DNA of 64,000 nt from Squalus acanthias (Eukaryota), in NCBI GenBank assembly GCA_030390025.1, contig CM059433.1:26352001-26416000 (forward strand), written 5' to 3'. This document shows, piece by piece, positions 1 to 13,249 of this stretch (position 1 is the stretch's first letter; each line of letters begins with the position of its first letter). Both the position numbers and the translations under genes were made by a program. Under the pieces are notes generated by a model. That model saw only the letters and a list, made by a program, of their open reading frames with translations. It had not been told where the DNA came from and made no database searches.

Positions 1-1159
1 AGAAGCGGCTTGCTATCAGCCGTTGACGGACGGCCCTTGCAGTTTCACCATTGTGGGCCGCCCTCCCGCCTTGGTGCTGCTGATGATCATCCTCCTTGTC
101 CTGTTCCTCCACTTCCTCCTCCTCCTCTGGTGGTGCTCCAAGGCCTGGTGGCATTGGCTGGGTCCTGACGATTGCCATGTTATGCAACATGCAGCACACA
201 ACTACGAAGTTGGATACTCGCTCAGGCGAGTACTGCAGGGCTCCTCCAGAATGGTCGAGACAGCGGAACCATTGCTTCAGCACGCCGATTGTGCGCTCAA
301 TGATGTTCCTGGTAGCTTGATGGCTCTCGTTGTACCGCAGCTCAGCAGGGGTGTTGGGCGTACGGAGCGGTGTCATCAGCCAGGTGCTCAATGGAAACCC
401 CTTGTCCCCGAGAAGCCAACCAACTGGCTGATGCGGTGCCTCGAAAAGTTCTGCCACAGTAGTCTGGCGCAGGATGAAAGCATCGTGGCAGCTGCCAGGA
501 TAGTGGGCATTGACAGCGAGTATCAGCTGTCTGTGGTCACAGACCAACTGAACATTCAAGGAATGGAACCCCTTTCTGTTCCGGAATTCCTCGGCATTCT
601 CATGTGGAGCACGCAAAGCCACATGCGTGCAGTCAATGGCGCCCTGCACCATGGGGAAGCCCGCTATCCTCGCAAAGCCCAGAGCGCGGTCACGCTGCTT
701 GTCTGGGGTCATGGGGAAAGAGATGAACTCTCGTCTCCTTTTAAAGAGGGCATTTGTGACCTGCCGAATGCAGCAATGCACCGCGAACTGGGAGATATTG
801 GCGAGGTCCCCAGCAGCAGCTTGAAATGAGCCAGTAGCATAGAAGTTGAGAGCCACTGTGACCTTCACTGCCACCGACAGAGACGTCCTGGACCTCAGTT
901 GAGGCTGCAGATCTGGCTGCAGCAGGTGGCAGAGCTCAGTGACCACCTCCTTGCTGAATCGCAGCCTTCGCAAACACAGCTCCTCAGACATATGAATGTA
1001 GGAGAGCTGTTCACGATATACCCTGGGAGGGTAAGCTCTCTTGTACATATGCCTGTTGGCCCTCCTCCGTCTGGCCATCATTGCCACTCTCTCTCTGCGT
1101 CTCTGTGTCCTCCGATTCAGCTGGAGCAGGACGACGCCCCCAATCAGTGCAGCCCCCAT
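1..1159 (-). CDS. Harbinger (HARBI1-like DDE) transposase; stop codon cut by the window edge
   Basis: ATG at 1159 (MGAALIGGVV...); constant 42730-bp offset to the transposase at 42729-43889 at both ends, so no net indel. Confidence 0.85.
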   Translation of the reverse strand, partial: MGAALIGGVVLLQLNRRTQRRRERVAMMARRRRANRHMYKRAYPPRVYREQLSYIHMSEELCLRRLRFSKEVVTELCHLLQPDLQPQLRSRTSLSVAVKVTVALNFYATGSFQAAAGDLANISQFAVHCCIRQVTNALFKRRREFISFPMTPDKQRDRALGFARIAGFPMVQGAIDCTHVALRAPHENAEEFRNRKGFHSLNVQLVCDHRQLILAVNAHYPGSCHDAFILRQTTVAELFEAPHQPVGWLLGDKGFPLSTWLMTPLRTPNTPAELRYNESHQATRNIIERTIGVLKQWFRCLDHSGGALQYSPERVSNFVVVCCMLHNMAIVRTQPMPPGLGAPPEEEEEVEEQDKEDDHQQHQGGRAAHNGETARAVRQRLIASRF

Positions 1160-1671
1160 AGTCTCTTTGCAAGCAAAGTTATGAAGGACAGCAACCAAAG
1201 TAGCAGCGAAGTTAGGATCAGTAGGCAAACTACCTCACAAAGCGTTGACTCAATGCAGAAGTCTCTCTTTCTCTCTCTCCGAATCTCTCTCTCTCTCTCT
1301 CAGAACGAGTGGTGCAAAAATGTCAACCACAGAAAAAGACAGGAAGAGGCCCCCTTTAAATAGCGCCCCCCCCAGCCCCACAGCGATTGATAGCGTTCCA
1401 GTCTTCCGGTTGTTGGATGCGCCAGGCGGTAAGGCAGGGGGCGCCACTCAATTTCCGCTCCGGGGCGCCACAAGGGCGTTGCACCATGGAATGACGTCAC
1501 AATCTGCGCGCGCAAGTGGTCACAGCGGTAAGGTTTAGCGCCGCCGCACAATGTCTAGTTAAGTTCCCGAGCGGCGCAAACATCGCTGCACCCGGGCGCT
1601 AGCGGCTTTGCGCCCCATTAGCACCCTCTTAAGGCACTAACGGGAGGCGCAACCAACTGAATTTTTACCCC
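1..1671 (-). mobile_element. PIF/Harbinger DNA transposon, partial (cut by window start); close sibling of 39847-44400
   Basis: Colinear with 42731-44400 with scattered substitutions; same terminus (...AATTTTTACCCC at 1660-1671). Confidence 0.93.
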
Positions 1672-3450
1672 CTGGACTCTGGTAACATATATTCACCATT
1701 GTATGAGTAGGCAGGGGAGGGATTTGGGAGGGCCTGGTTCCAGCAAGTCTCCACCCTGCCTTTTGTTGTGTGTGAAATTCTGACGGGGATGGGGGCTCTT
1801 CTTTCGTCCTCTCACCCCACACCCCTCCTTCCCATGCAGGAACATGTGTTTTAAATGCACCGCCCCAAGTTTTCTACTGGACATACGTTTGGGGTGCAAG
1901 ATGCTCATGCTGTTCCATGTCTGAGCATCATTAGTACCTCTAATTTCATGCATTTGGGCCAAGTTCCTGTCGCCCCACAATTTTCAACATGTTGTGTGGT
2001 GCAATGTCATCACTGCGCACTTGAAGGACCAAGAACACAGCACATTCCTGCAGACTGCCCAGCCATTGGAATTGGCCTTTGGCTTGGTGCCTGCCCTTTT
2101 AGTGATTTAGGTGACCTTGTTTGGGTTTCTTTGCTTGCCGATGTTGTAGTCATTTGAGGGCACAGATTCCCACATTCTGCAGTCCTGACACTTTGCCTGT
2201 GCTGACATTTCCAATTCTTTATTTATTTATCTCTAGTGCTAACTGATTTGTCCTTCACGTTAAATTCGTTTTTATACAACGCAGTTAATTATCCTATTAG
2301 GTCTTTTTACTTATTAAATACATTCCAATTGGGTTCCCGTTGGCCATTATTTTAATTGCTCACTGGAGTTTGGTGGCTAAGGTGTCCATCGGAAGTAGGC
2401 AGGAGCCTCATAAATTTATGCAAATCAGAGTCCCATTCTGTCGATGGGCCTGAGCGGGGAAGTGGCTGTGACGATCCCACCAGGTGACGGCAGATCAGAA
2501 GCTGTGAGATGAACAAAAAGACAAAAGAGCAGAAGTGCTCCTCCAGGACCCACAAGGAAAGTCGCAGCCTCCCCTGCTCTCTCCCTTCCCATCTGTGAGA
2601 CACTCCAATCCCCTTCCCCTCGACTTACCTGTTTGCCGGTGATCCTTCCCTTGATTCTGGCCGGCCGCCCAAAGTTCCACTCTTTCCCACCAGCCAGCTG
2701 CCACTTTCCACTTGCAGGGGGGCAACTGATCGGCATTTTGCACTCGCCCCACCCCTGCCCCGCCTGCCAGAAACTGCCGGGAGTTAAAGTCAGCCCACTG
2801 GTCTTGATTCCCAGTATGCAATTGACTAGTATTAATTATATATTTTATGAGTTGCAAGATACGTTACATCAACGTATCATACACACTAGGGAGTCATTTT
2901 CAACTTTAGCACCTGGGTAGTAATGTGGGGGTGCAGATAACCCCTCGTTCCCTCCCCCCCCCCACCCCCCACCACCACCTTACCATCATAAAACTCATCT
3001 GGTTTAAATCCCAGTGAAACACGACTTGCTGAAAAGTCTTTTAAGCCAATGTATTGGTTTATTTTTTGCTGGCTTGCTGGTTGCCGACTGGTCGTGTTTT
3101 GCACTTCTCCAGCACATTAGTCAATGGATATTTTAGCTGATTAACATGTCAGCTGACCAGTTCATTAAGCCATTCACTATTTTCTCTCTAAATTCAGTTT
3201 GAGGTGTTATTTACTTGGAGGTAAGATGCTCTATGAAAGCATGCTATACGTAAGACTTTGAGATATTTACTTTGCAAGATGATTACTTTCCAAATTGTCA
3301 GCTTTGATTTAATAATTAAATAATTTCTTCAACCCAATGAGATTTTTGAAATTCTAAGTAGAACATAACTCATTTAAAACCATGTTATTTGAAGTGAGGT
3401 AAGTTGACCAATGCCATTTTACAGTTAACATTCTATATTGTTGAAATAAC

Positions 3451-3451
<1 letters not shown>

Positions 3452-3484
<33 letters not shown>
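3452..3484. repeat. (TG)n(TA)n microsatellite
   Basis: tgtgtgtgtatatatata... run. Confidence 0.9.
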
Positions 3485-5175
3485 ATGTAAAAGTAAGAAG
3501 GGAAACTGGCAAGTATAGTAGGCATGGCCTCTTTAATTTTAGAAAAAAAATAAGGGTATGTGCCTTGTCTTACAGCATGCATGAACCTGGAGATCTCCAA
3601 GCTTATAAAAATCACACAAATATTTAGAAAATAATAAATAAGAAAAACTAAATGGTGTTGAAATCTAATACATTTGATTTGAACTAAAACAGATGATTCA
3701 GAATCCTTTCAGAACGTGTGAATTGTTTTTGCAAGCAGAAATATGTTTCTACTTAAGCCACAGGCTAAAATAAATCTCAGATCAGTTCACATGCAATTTC
3801 CCTTTTAAGGTACAATTTATAAATACGACAAAAGGTAAACATTATGTCAAGGAAAGCAAGTGTGGTAAAACGGAGCGAAAAGAGGGAAAACAATGCTAAG
3901 GAAGATTGATGTCTAAAATGGCTTCCATTAAATGTGTGTATACTTTAAAAATCTGCAATGAACTCGTCTGAATATTTCCTTATACCCGGTTAGGTTTCTG
4001 CATTACCCCATGAATAGCACTTGAAAATAAGTGGTTTACTTGCTGGAAAACCTGTATTTGTTAGTACAATGTAACAGACTATAAAAGGAGGAAGGAAAGA
4101 TGAATTCAACTTCAGAGATTGCAACTTTTTCCTGCTATAAATAAACATTTTGCTCTAGTTATTATGGGCAGCAATATTGTAAATGCATTTAAAAAGGAAT
4201 GGGCCCCAAACTCTGATGGCTTGGTAGGGTGTACAACAATGTTCCCTGTAAGCTGCACTTTGTTCTGCGTGGCCTGTTTCTTTTAATGCGTGGTCCCTTT
4301 AAATTTCTGCGCATGTGCGGTATTTACAATGTAAAAGCCGGTGAGCGGCCCACACGGGTTCTTTCAGATTACTGCGTGGTCGAGTGCACACACCTTAGCG
4401 GTAACATTGCCGTACAACCAGTACATCTAACTTGGTCAGGTGGGGCTCAGGATTTGGACGTAGATTCGATACGTTAGTTTTACGTCACCTTTAAATTCTG
4501 CCCTAAATTCCATTTGAAGTGAGGGAGGTTGTAAGATATGCCCAGCCAAACTAATGCAGCCATGCAAACAATGGGTTCAGACCAGGATGGCATCATAGAC
4601 TGGATCTCCCTCTACAAACACACCCAAAATCAGGTAGCACTGCAGTGGAAAACGGTGCAAAATCGAGCAACGAAGTCTATCACTAGCTCCTCGTCCCAAC
4701 CTTAACTTCTCTCCCCATCTCCATTGGGATTGCCACTGGTCATACCTGGTCAGCCTGCTGCAGGTAAATTCTGGCAGGGGATGGGGCATAGCTTCTTGGC
4801 CTATTTCAATCCTGTCTACTGCTCCTTGGGACCATCTGGTAAAAGGTGTTGGTAGGCTCGGGCTAACAGCAGTGAGGTCCAGAATTTTGTAACTGGAGGG
4901 AGAAGAACTAGTAGAGGCCTTCTCTCCTGTCATTTTGGTTCCCATAAACTTACCTTTGTAGGCCTCAAAGCCAAAAGGTTTTTTTCTTTTCAAGGCTCCT
5001 CTGCCCTGTTCCTCATTGCTTCTTTGGGTGGTGCAGTAACGGTACGGATTCAGTACTTTCTCATTCTTCTTTATAGCATTGGTGTGGTCCCTGTTGATGC
5101 CAGGAATCCAGCTGGGAGTCCACCCTGCATGCAAAATAAGCTCCAACACTGAAAATGTTCTTTATTTTGGAGGGT

Positions 5176-8000
5176 CTTATCTTCATGGGATTGAAGTCCA
5201 TGGGATTAAAGAGCAATGACAGTGTGGATATGAAATTGGCAAAGAGACAGAAAGCAGAGAGTTGCTTTTCAGACTGGAGGGAAGTTTACAGTGGTGTTCC
5301 CCAGGGGTTTAGGACCACTGCTCTTTGTGATATATATTAATGACATGGACTTGGGGGCTTTCAAGCTTTCAGGCTGGAATTTTGCCTTCCTGGGCGGGTC
5401 CGGTGCAGCCGGTGTCTGTGGCGGGTCGCGACCCCGCTGCTGGCTCCATCCCACTATTGAAAATGAACTTACCTTAATGGGGCCTATTAAGCCCACCCAG
5501 CACGTTACCCGGCCCAATGAGAGGGAGCGGGTCTGGTGACTTCATTCATGAGACGCGTTTTCATCCGGGATCCTTAAAGGGACCATGGCCACATTACATT
5601 TGAAGTTTTATCTCACATAGTGCTGTCAGTGCACTACAGCACTGGAGTGCTGCAAACACTGACAATCACTGCACAGAGGCAGAGGGCTTCACCCAGGTTC
5701 TCCGATGACTCCCTCCATATGCTTATGCAGGGAGTCACAGCACACAGGGAGTTCCTCTTCCCTTCCAATGGGCAAAAGAGACCTCCCCAGCACACCAAAA
5801 CAGCCTGGTTGGAGATTGCAGAGGAGGTCACAAGCAGGGATGTGTTCAGGAGGACCTGGGTGCAGTGCCGCAAACATTTCAATGATCTCATTAGATCAGG
5901 AAGTGTTAGTACAAAGCCACACTCACCTTCATCCTGCTGTGCCTCTCATCACATCCCCATCACTCTGCCTTCTCTACCCTACTCCTGCACATCCTTACTC
6001 ACACCAACATATCTTGCATGTCCATCCATCCCTCTCTCTCTATCTACATTATCACATTCCCATCTCATTGGCACCCTTCACACTCACCCTCATCCTCGTG
6101 CAATCATACCAACTAACAACACACAAGGGTAGCCACTTGGGTGTTTTATGCAATGTTTATGTAAAGTTTCTGTTAATGTGGTGTCAAACATAAAAATCTT
6201 TATTTTCAACACTTTCCGGTCTTGAACAGATTTGTGTGCACCTTTAGAAGTGGCTTAGTGAGTTACAGTGAATGGTGAGACGTAACGGTAACCCCCGCAA
6301 TGGTGATGAGTGTGATAGGAATGGCTTGGTCATTGTAGGGATGCTTTATGGTGTTGATGTGGGGTGGTGCCAACCTGGCGCATCATGTGGCAGCCAGAGG
6401 GTGTACAACGTAACGTTAACTAAATCTGGCCATGATGAGGCCTTTCCTGGCCTCCCGGGCAGCAATGTGCTTGGGTGCTGATGTCCTGTGTCCTGTGCAG
6501 CATCAGGTGATTGCGGAGAAGGTTGGTGTTGTTGTTGGTGTTGGGGCTGATCATGGTCCGATTCTGAGGACCAAGGTGAGACAGTATAAATGGCACCCAT
6601 GTTGATGGAATAGATGGCAGGTGAAGTACAGATGACAGAAGCATTCCGTCAGTGGAGAGAGAGTTCTTCCAATGAAGGGACACTGGATGGAGACTTTGCT
6701 GGAACACTTGCAGCCTGCAGAATCTGTGCTGGAAATGGACTGAACAACAGCTCCTGTCCGAGGAAAGTGATCATCTGTCAGTGGGAGCTTTCACTGAACA
6801 TCTGATGCTGTCAAGTAATCAGTTGGCGCAATGGCCACAACTCCCGCCTCAGATTGACAGACGTGGTTCCCGAGCTGCATGAATCCTGTGACCATGCAGG
6901 GAAATTTAAAAATAAGTAAAAGGCTCTTAAGTGCCTGTAAACTACCTGATAATCATCTCAATTGGGTTGCCCTCCGCTGCCGGTTGGGTCGGGTCCGCGA
7001 TGCCAGACCCGCCTAGGGGGAAAGGCGCGTGGGAGTGAGGTGACAGCGGGTTCCTCAAAAATAACAACTTTCCCACCTGACCCACCACCGATCGCGCCCT
7101 GGTACCACCCCAGAAAATTTCAGCCTCAAAGTATGCAGCTGACACAAATTTTGGAAATGTAGTAAACAGTGAGAAGGATAGTAACAGACTTCAGGAGGAC
7201 ATAGACAGACTGGTGAAATGGGCAGACACATGGCAGATGAAATTTAATGCAGAGAAGTGTAAAGTGATGCATTTTGGAAGGAAAAATGAGGAGAGGCAAT
7301 ATAAATTAAATGATACAATTTTAAAGGGGGTGCAGGAACAGAGAGACCTGGGGCTTCACATCCACAAATCATTGAAGGTGGCAGGACAAGTTGATAAAGC
7401 TGTTAAAAAAGCATATGGGATTCTTGGCTTGATAAATAGAGGCATAGAGTACAAAGGCAAGAAAGCTTTGCTAAATCTTTATAAATCACTGGCTAGGCCT
7501 TAGCTAGAGTATTGTAGGCACCAATTCTCAGCACCACACTTTATGATGGATGTCAAGGCCTTAGAGAGGGTGCAGAGAAGATTTACTAGAATGTTAACAG
7601 GGATGAAGGACTTCAGTTATGTGGAGAAGCTGGGATTGTTCTCCTTAGAGCAGAGAAATTTAAGTAGAGTTTTAACAGGGATGTTAGAAATTATAAGGGG
7701 TTTTGATAGGAGAAACTGTTTCCACCAGAGGACACAGATCTAAGATAATTGGCAAAAGAACCAGAGGGGAGATGAGGAGAAATTTTGTTACGAGTTGTTA
7801 TGATCTGGAATGTACTGCCTGAAAGGGTGGTGGAAGCAAATTCAATAGTATCTTTCAAAAGGGAATTAGATAAATACTTGAATAGTAACAATTTGCAGGG
7901 CTATGGGGAAAGAGCAGGGGAGTGGGACTAATTGAATAGTTTTTACCACAGGCACAATGGGTCAAAATAGCCTCCTTGTGTGCTGCAAGATTCTATAATT
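5176..8000 (+). mobile_element. Degraded CR1 LINE 3' portion, interrupted by a Harbinger insertion at 5372-7125
   Basis: RT motifs SGVPQG..LGPLLFVIYIND before the insertion; KWADTWQMKFNAEKCKVMHFG and LERVQRRFTRM after it. Confidence 0.88.
5372..7125. mobile_element. Non-autonomous (internally deleted) Harbinger element
   Basis: TIRs GGCTGGAATTTT / GGCTGAAATTTT; 3-bp TSD TCA on both sides; Myb/SANT exon remnant (PRFSDDSL...WLEIAEEV...RTWVQCRKHFNDL, about 5660-5903, +). Confidence 0.85.
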
Positions 8001-9470
8001 CATTGGGAAGTATCCCTTGAGACTGTTTCTCGTCTGGAGAATTTCCATGTACTATGTACCAGGAGGATTCTGTGTTGAGTGGGATGTGTACAGAAGTTCC
8101 TGGAGCTGCCACCATAGGATCCTCTGCACAATAGAGAAGTCCTCTCTGATACGGACATTAAAGATGGTCATCGGTCCCAAAGATGCTGGTCGCGCCTCCA
8201 CAGGCAGCTTTCCCGATCGATGACAACAATCTCGGGCTGCCTGCCTAACCATTAGCGGCCCTCAGGTAAGTCCTGGGAGGGGGTGGCCATCGTGACTCCT
8301 GTGGAGTGAGGGGCGCGTTCCCGCTCCTCCAACTCCACAGGAACGTTTTTTAATATTTTTCCACCTACCTGTTGTTGGCACCCGGGGGGTGAAAGAATCC
8401 CAAGGCCAGACCCCTGCCCTGCTGATTGGCAACAAATTCCGAAAAGGGGTCATCAACAGGCATTAGGCCCCTAATTTACATATTCAATGGACCTAATGCC
8501 TGTTTTAAGTATCTTCCCGAGACGCTTATAAAATGGGCCAGACAAATTTAGCAGTGGGGCCAACACCTGTGCCGGTTGGGCAGACTGCTAAGTTGGTATG
8601 CTTTACACCTGAAAAACGGGCAACAAGCGTACCAATTTCTACCCCAGTTACATTTCCAAGCTAATGCAAAAATGCTGTAATATAATTGCCCTTGTATTAG
8701 AAAAACAATTACTTCTGTCAACAACAATATAATTTTGCTACTATGCTTGCACAGTCCCCATCTAGTGAGGTGGAAAAATACCAGTACTCTTTAACACTGC
8801 CCCACTTGCCCAAGTTAGTCATTCATCATCCTTACATATCACATCAGTTGACAGTTCTTGAGCTGGACACTCCTCCGTAATCCCGCCTAGAATGGGTGGA
8901 ATAGTGGCAGGGAAAGAGGCCAAATCGAGCACTGAGGACTATTGCCACCTCAATTTCCTCTCACGACCCTACCTGGATCATCGCTGGCCACCACTTCTCC
9001 ATGCAGCACTTGTAAATGCCAACAAGGGGAGGTGGGGGTGGGTGGGGCCAGAGTCACTGGCCCATTTTCTTTCTATTCACCCCAGTTATCATTGCTTCCT
9101 GGGACCATCATGCAGAACATTGTGGTAGGCCTTGGGTAGCAGTGGTAGTGGCCCCGAGGTCAGAGTCGAGTAGAGACCTTTCCATATAAGGCCCCCACTT
9201 AATTCCCTGTGTAAGCCTCAGTGTCTGATCTTGATCTTCGGGGCTCTTTCACCTTTTCACATGCCCGGCCATCTCTTCTGATTCTGCTGTGGTGGACCCT
9301 CTGCGGCACCACTGACATTTTGCAGCCAGGTAATGGTGAGGGGGGGTGGGAGGGGGGGGCTCCTCTTTGATGGCGGGAGCCCACTGTGCATATTCAGTGA
9401 ACCTTGACCCAGGGAAATAGGTCAGTGTCAGGGCCGAGTCGGAGAGGTGGGCAGGAATCCTGGCTCATCA

Positions 9471-10011
9471 CTACAATTTTGGTCTCCTTACCTAAGGAAG
9501 GATATACTTGACATAGAGGGAGTGCAACGAAGGTTCACGAGATTGATTCCTGGGATGACGGGACTGTCGTATGAGAAGAGATTGAGTAAACTAGGCCTGT
9601 ATTCTCTTGAATTCAGAAGAATGAGAGGGGATCTCATTGAAGCATACAAAATTATTACAGGGCTTGATAGGATGGATGCTGGGAGAATGTTTCCCTTGGC
9701 TGGGGAGTCTAGAACCAGGGGCCACAGCCTCAAGATAAAGGTAGGCCATTCAGGACTGAGATCAGAAGAAATTTTGGTGAATCTTTGGAATTCTCTACCC
9801 CAGAGGGCTGTGGAGGCTCAGTCATTGAGTATATTCAAAACAGAAGTCGATAGATTTCTGACTAGTAAGGGCATCAAGGGATATGGCGATAGGGCTGGTG
9901 AATGGAGTTGAGGCAGAAGATCAGCCATGATCTCAGTGAATGGCGGAGCAGGCTCGAAGGGCCGAATGGCCTACTCCTGCTCCTATTTCTTATGTTCTTA
10001 TGTTCTTATGT
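9471..10011 (+). mobile_element. CR1 LINE 3' fragment
   Basis: QFWSPYLRKDI...LYSLEFRRMRGDLIEAYKI; tail of (TTCTTATG)n. Confidence 0.92.
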
Positions 10012-10924
10012 TCTGCCACAAAGAGGAGAATCCAGCACTTGTCTTTGCAATAACAAGTATGAGCTTTCTAGGAAGTAGCACATTTCTTTCCAAATTCAGT
10101 AATTGGCATCATACAGAAAGCTTTGCGGAAACATTCATAAGGGTTCCTAGAAGGTTCTTAAAATATACACATTTAACAAAAATGAAATTGATAAGCAGGG
10201 CATGTTGCAGCTGCATCGTGAGATGTCACTGTTTTGGAACCATTCTCTGCCAGTGATAATGTTTACATTTTCATGTGAAAATGTTCCTCTTTTATGCCAG
10301 AAGAAGATGCTGTGTTCCTTTCTTAACAAAATGTACAATTTATGTATTCAGTATAGATTGGTTTATGTATTGTTGCTGAAAATGGACTAAACTAGAAACA
10401 TGAGGAGTGATGAGAAGCTTTCAGTGAGTGCTGTTTGGAGCTTGCAGGCCTGCAGCTCCTGATTTTCCATTCATTCAGTTTATTAGACAGAAAATCAAGG
10501 TCTGCGGGGCTCCAATTTCCCGGCCATTGCCACCTGCGAGTGCCACACAGTTTACCAAGCTGAATTTTTTAATTATTATTAGTCGATCTCCTGTAGTGTC
10601 GCACAACGAGAGGATAGTTTTGACTTTGTGTGATAGTGTTGGGCTGCCGATTCGCTATCACCCATTTTACACGATCGCACAAAGTCAAAATTATCCCCCG
10701 AGGGGCAAGGTCAAGTGCAATCTTCAGCTGAGACACAGTTAGAGGCTGCGGGAATAAATGGACTACTGCACGCAGGCGTAATTCAATCCCCATTTTAAAG
10801 TCACAGGATTCGATTTATCCTTGGTGCGGATTGGATGGCCAGTCCATGGAGTGTGCCCGATAGGCCAGGCAGGAGGCCATCTCGAGAGCTGGGTCTCATT
10901 AGCATTCAGCCAGCGGGCATACAG

Positions 10925-11945
10925 ACACCATCCAGGACAAAGCAGCGCGCTTGATTGGCATCCCATCCACCACCTTAAACATTCACTCCCTCCACCACCG
11001 GCGCACTGTGGCTGCAGTGTGTACCATCTATAAGATGCACTGCAGCAACTCGCCAAGGCTTCTTCAGCAGCACCTCCCAAACCCGCGACCTCTTCCACCT
11101 AGGAGGACAAGGGCAGCAGGTGCGTGGGAACACCATCACCTGCAAGTTCTCCTCCAAGTCACGCACCATCCTGACTTAGTAGTATATCGCTATTCCTTCA
11201 TCATCGCTGGGTCAAAATTCTGGCACTCCCTACCTAACAGCACTGTGGGAGTACATAAGAACATAAGAAATAGGAGCAGGAGTAGGCCATTCGGCCCTTC
11301 GAGCCTGCTCCGCCATTCAGTGAGATCATGGCTGATCTTCTGCCTCAACTCCATTCACCAGCCCTATCGCCATATCCCTTGATGCCCTTACTAGTCAGAA
11401 ATCTATCGACTTCTGTTTTGAATATATCCAATGACTGAGCCTCCACAGCCCACGGGGGTAGAGAATTCCAAAGATTCACCACCCTCTGTGTGAAGAAATT
11501 TCTTCTCATCTCAGTCCTGAATGGCCTACCCTTTATCCTGAGGCTGTGGCCCCTAGTTCTAGACTCCTCAGCCAAGGGAAACATTCTCCCAGCATCCACC
11601 CTATCAAGCCCTGTAATAATTTTGTATGCTTCAATGAGATCCCCTCTCATTCTTCTGAATTCAAGAGAATACAGGCCTAGTTTACTCAATCTCTTTTCAT
11701 ACGACAGTCCCGCCATCCCAGGAATCAATCTCGTGAACCTTCGTTGCACTCTCTCTATGGCAAGTATATCCTTCCTTAGGTAAGGAGGCCAAAATTGTAC
11801 ACAGTACTCCAGGTGTGGTCTCACCAAGGCCCTATACCTTCACCACACAGACTGCAGCGGTTCAAGAAGGCGGCTCACCACCACCTTCTCAAGGACAATT
11901 AGGGATGGGCAATAAACAATGTGGGCAATAAACGCCCACATCCCA
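10925..11945 (+). mobile_element. LINE 3'-end fragment with a nested CR1 insertion
   Basis: IHSLHHRRTVAAVCTIYKMH-type LINE ORF2 C-terminus; sequence resumes at about 11837 after the CR1; the tail recurs in reverse at about 37765-37945. Confidence 0.6.
11253..11836 (-). mobile_element. CR1 LINE 3' fragment (same subfamily as 9471-10011)
   Basis: 160-aa ORF VRPHLEYCVQFW...RRMRGDLIEAYK...GYGDRAGEWS. Confidence 0.93.
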
Positions 11946-12228
11946 TAAAATAGAACTACATTTTTTTTTAAATATTAGATTTTTAATATATTCAGAGATT
12001 ATAATTTTTTTTAACCAAGATGCATTTGTTTTGAAATAGTTCTCTTTTCACCAAGTTCAACATATAACCTTAGGGTCTTGACCACTGTCAATTTCAGCTT
12101 CAATGTGAGAAAATTATTTGTGACTCTTGATTCTTCTCCCAACTGAAGAAGTCCAACCACTTGTGTAAACCTGTGTTTGCATAACACCGTAGCAATTATT
12201 ACACAATCAAATTAATTTTTCTACGTAC

Positions 12229-12336
12229 CTGAGGCACCCATTTTGAAGATACAAAACTGGTGGCTTCGATAACAGATAATCCTGTTTCTGACAGAAGGTT
12301 GATCAACTTAATTTTCACTTCTGTTGGTACAATCAC
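12229..12336 (-). CDS. hmgcll1: HMG-CoA lyase-like 1, coding exon 3
   Basis: 108-nt exon with AG/GT boundaries; [36 protein letters not shown] matches the HMG-CoA lyase family. Confidence 0.93.
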
Positions 12337-12504
12337 CTGAAAACAATTAATTCAAACATAGTCAAATACCAATATTCATCAAATGTTCATCAACTATGAT
12401 GCCACAAATAGTGGGTTGCTGATCTTAGAAAACATATTGGAGAGACACCAAACCAAAAAGAGACAAAGTGCTTCCCAAATAGAAACATTCGTAAAGAGGA
12501 CAAA

Positions 12505-13249
12505 GGGGCGAAATTCCTCTTGTTTGCGCCTCCAGTGGGAGGCGCTAATGGGGCGCAAATGACATTTTGCCCCCCCCCCCCCCGAGGCGATAACTGCGCC
12601 TCCCGCGAAATTCCGCGGAAGGTTAGCGGCGGCGCTACCAGGTATCACCCCGATCTTCTCCGCCCGGAGATCATGACGCCATCTCTGGGTGCAGCGCCCC
12701 GATAGCGCCTCGGGAGAAAAATTCCCCCTTGCACCCCGCAGCAGCGCCGGGTGATGTTACCGACTACTGCAGGGGTCACAAACAGTGAGGTCGGCCGCTC
12801 GTGGGGCACCATTTAAAGGCACGGTGGCCGGCCGACATGAAAAAAAATTGCTGATTTTTTAAAAACATTTTTTCTGAGCACCAGACGTGGGCTGAGTGCC
12901 GCAATCGGTCAGCCCGGCACTCAGCTTGAGAGCCGGGCTGATCGCACGGCACTCCCGCACCGCGGTGCTCCAGCAGATGCCAAACAAAATGCAGAGCTTG
13001 TAGTGGGGAGCTCTTCCCTTTAATTGAGGGAAGGGCCCCTGCAACACAGCAGCGCCACGCACTTCGCCCTGGATCGGGACATTCCCCACCTCTTGCGCTC
13101 CAAGAGGCAAGTGGAGTGCTTGATTTAGCGCTACACTACCCCCTTGGAGCAAAAAATGGGAATTTTTCAAATGTTTGAAAAGGTTAGCGCCTGGTGCTAA
13201 CTTTTCAAACATTTTTGACTTAAATGGCCCTCTAGGGGAATTTCTCCCC
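12505..13249. mobile_element. Harbinger-family MITE in hmgcll1 intron 2
   Basis: TIRs GGGGCGAAATTCC / GGGGAGAAATTCC; TSD AAA; sub-terminal motifs (GGCGCTAATGGGGCGCAAA) shared with the large Harbingers. Confidence 0.8.

Noticed and set aside
23..829. 268-aa plus-strand ORF, repeated at 42753-43559
   Set aside because: Antisense shadow of the Harbinger transposase; no recognisable motifs.
1672..12228. Next hmgcll1 exon (MADH... region)
   Set aside because: Searched by eye and not found; probably lies beyond the window start.
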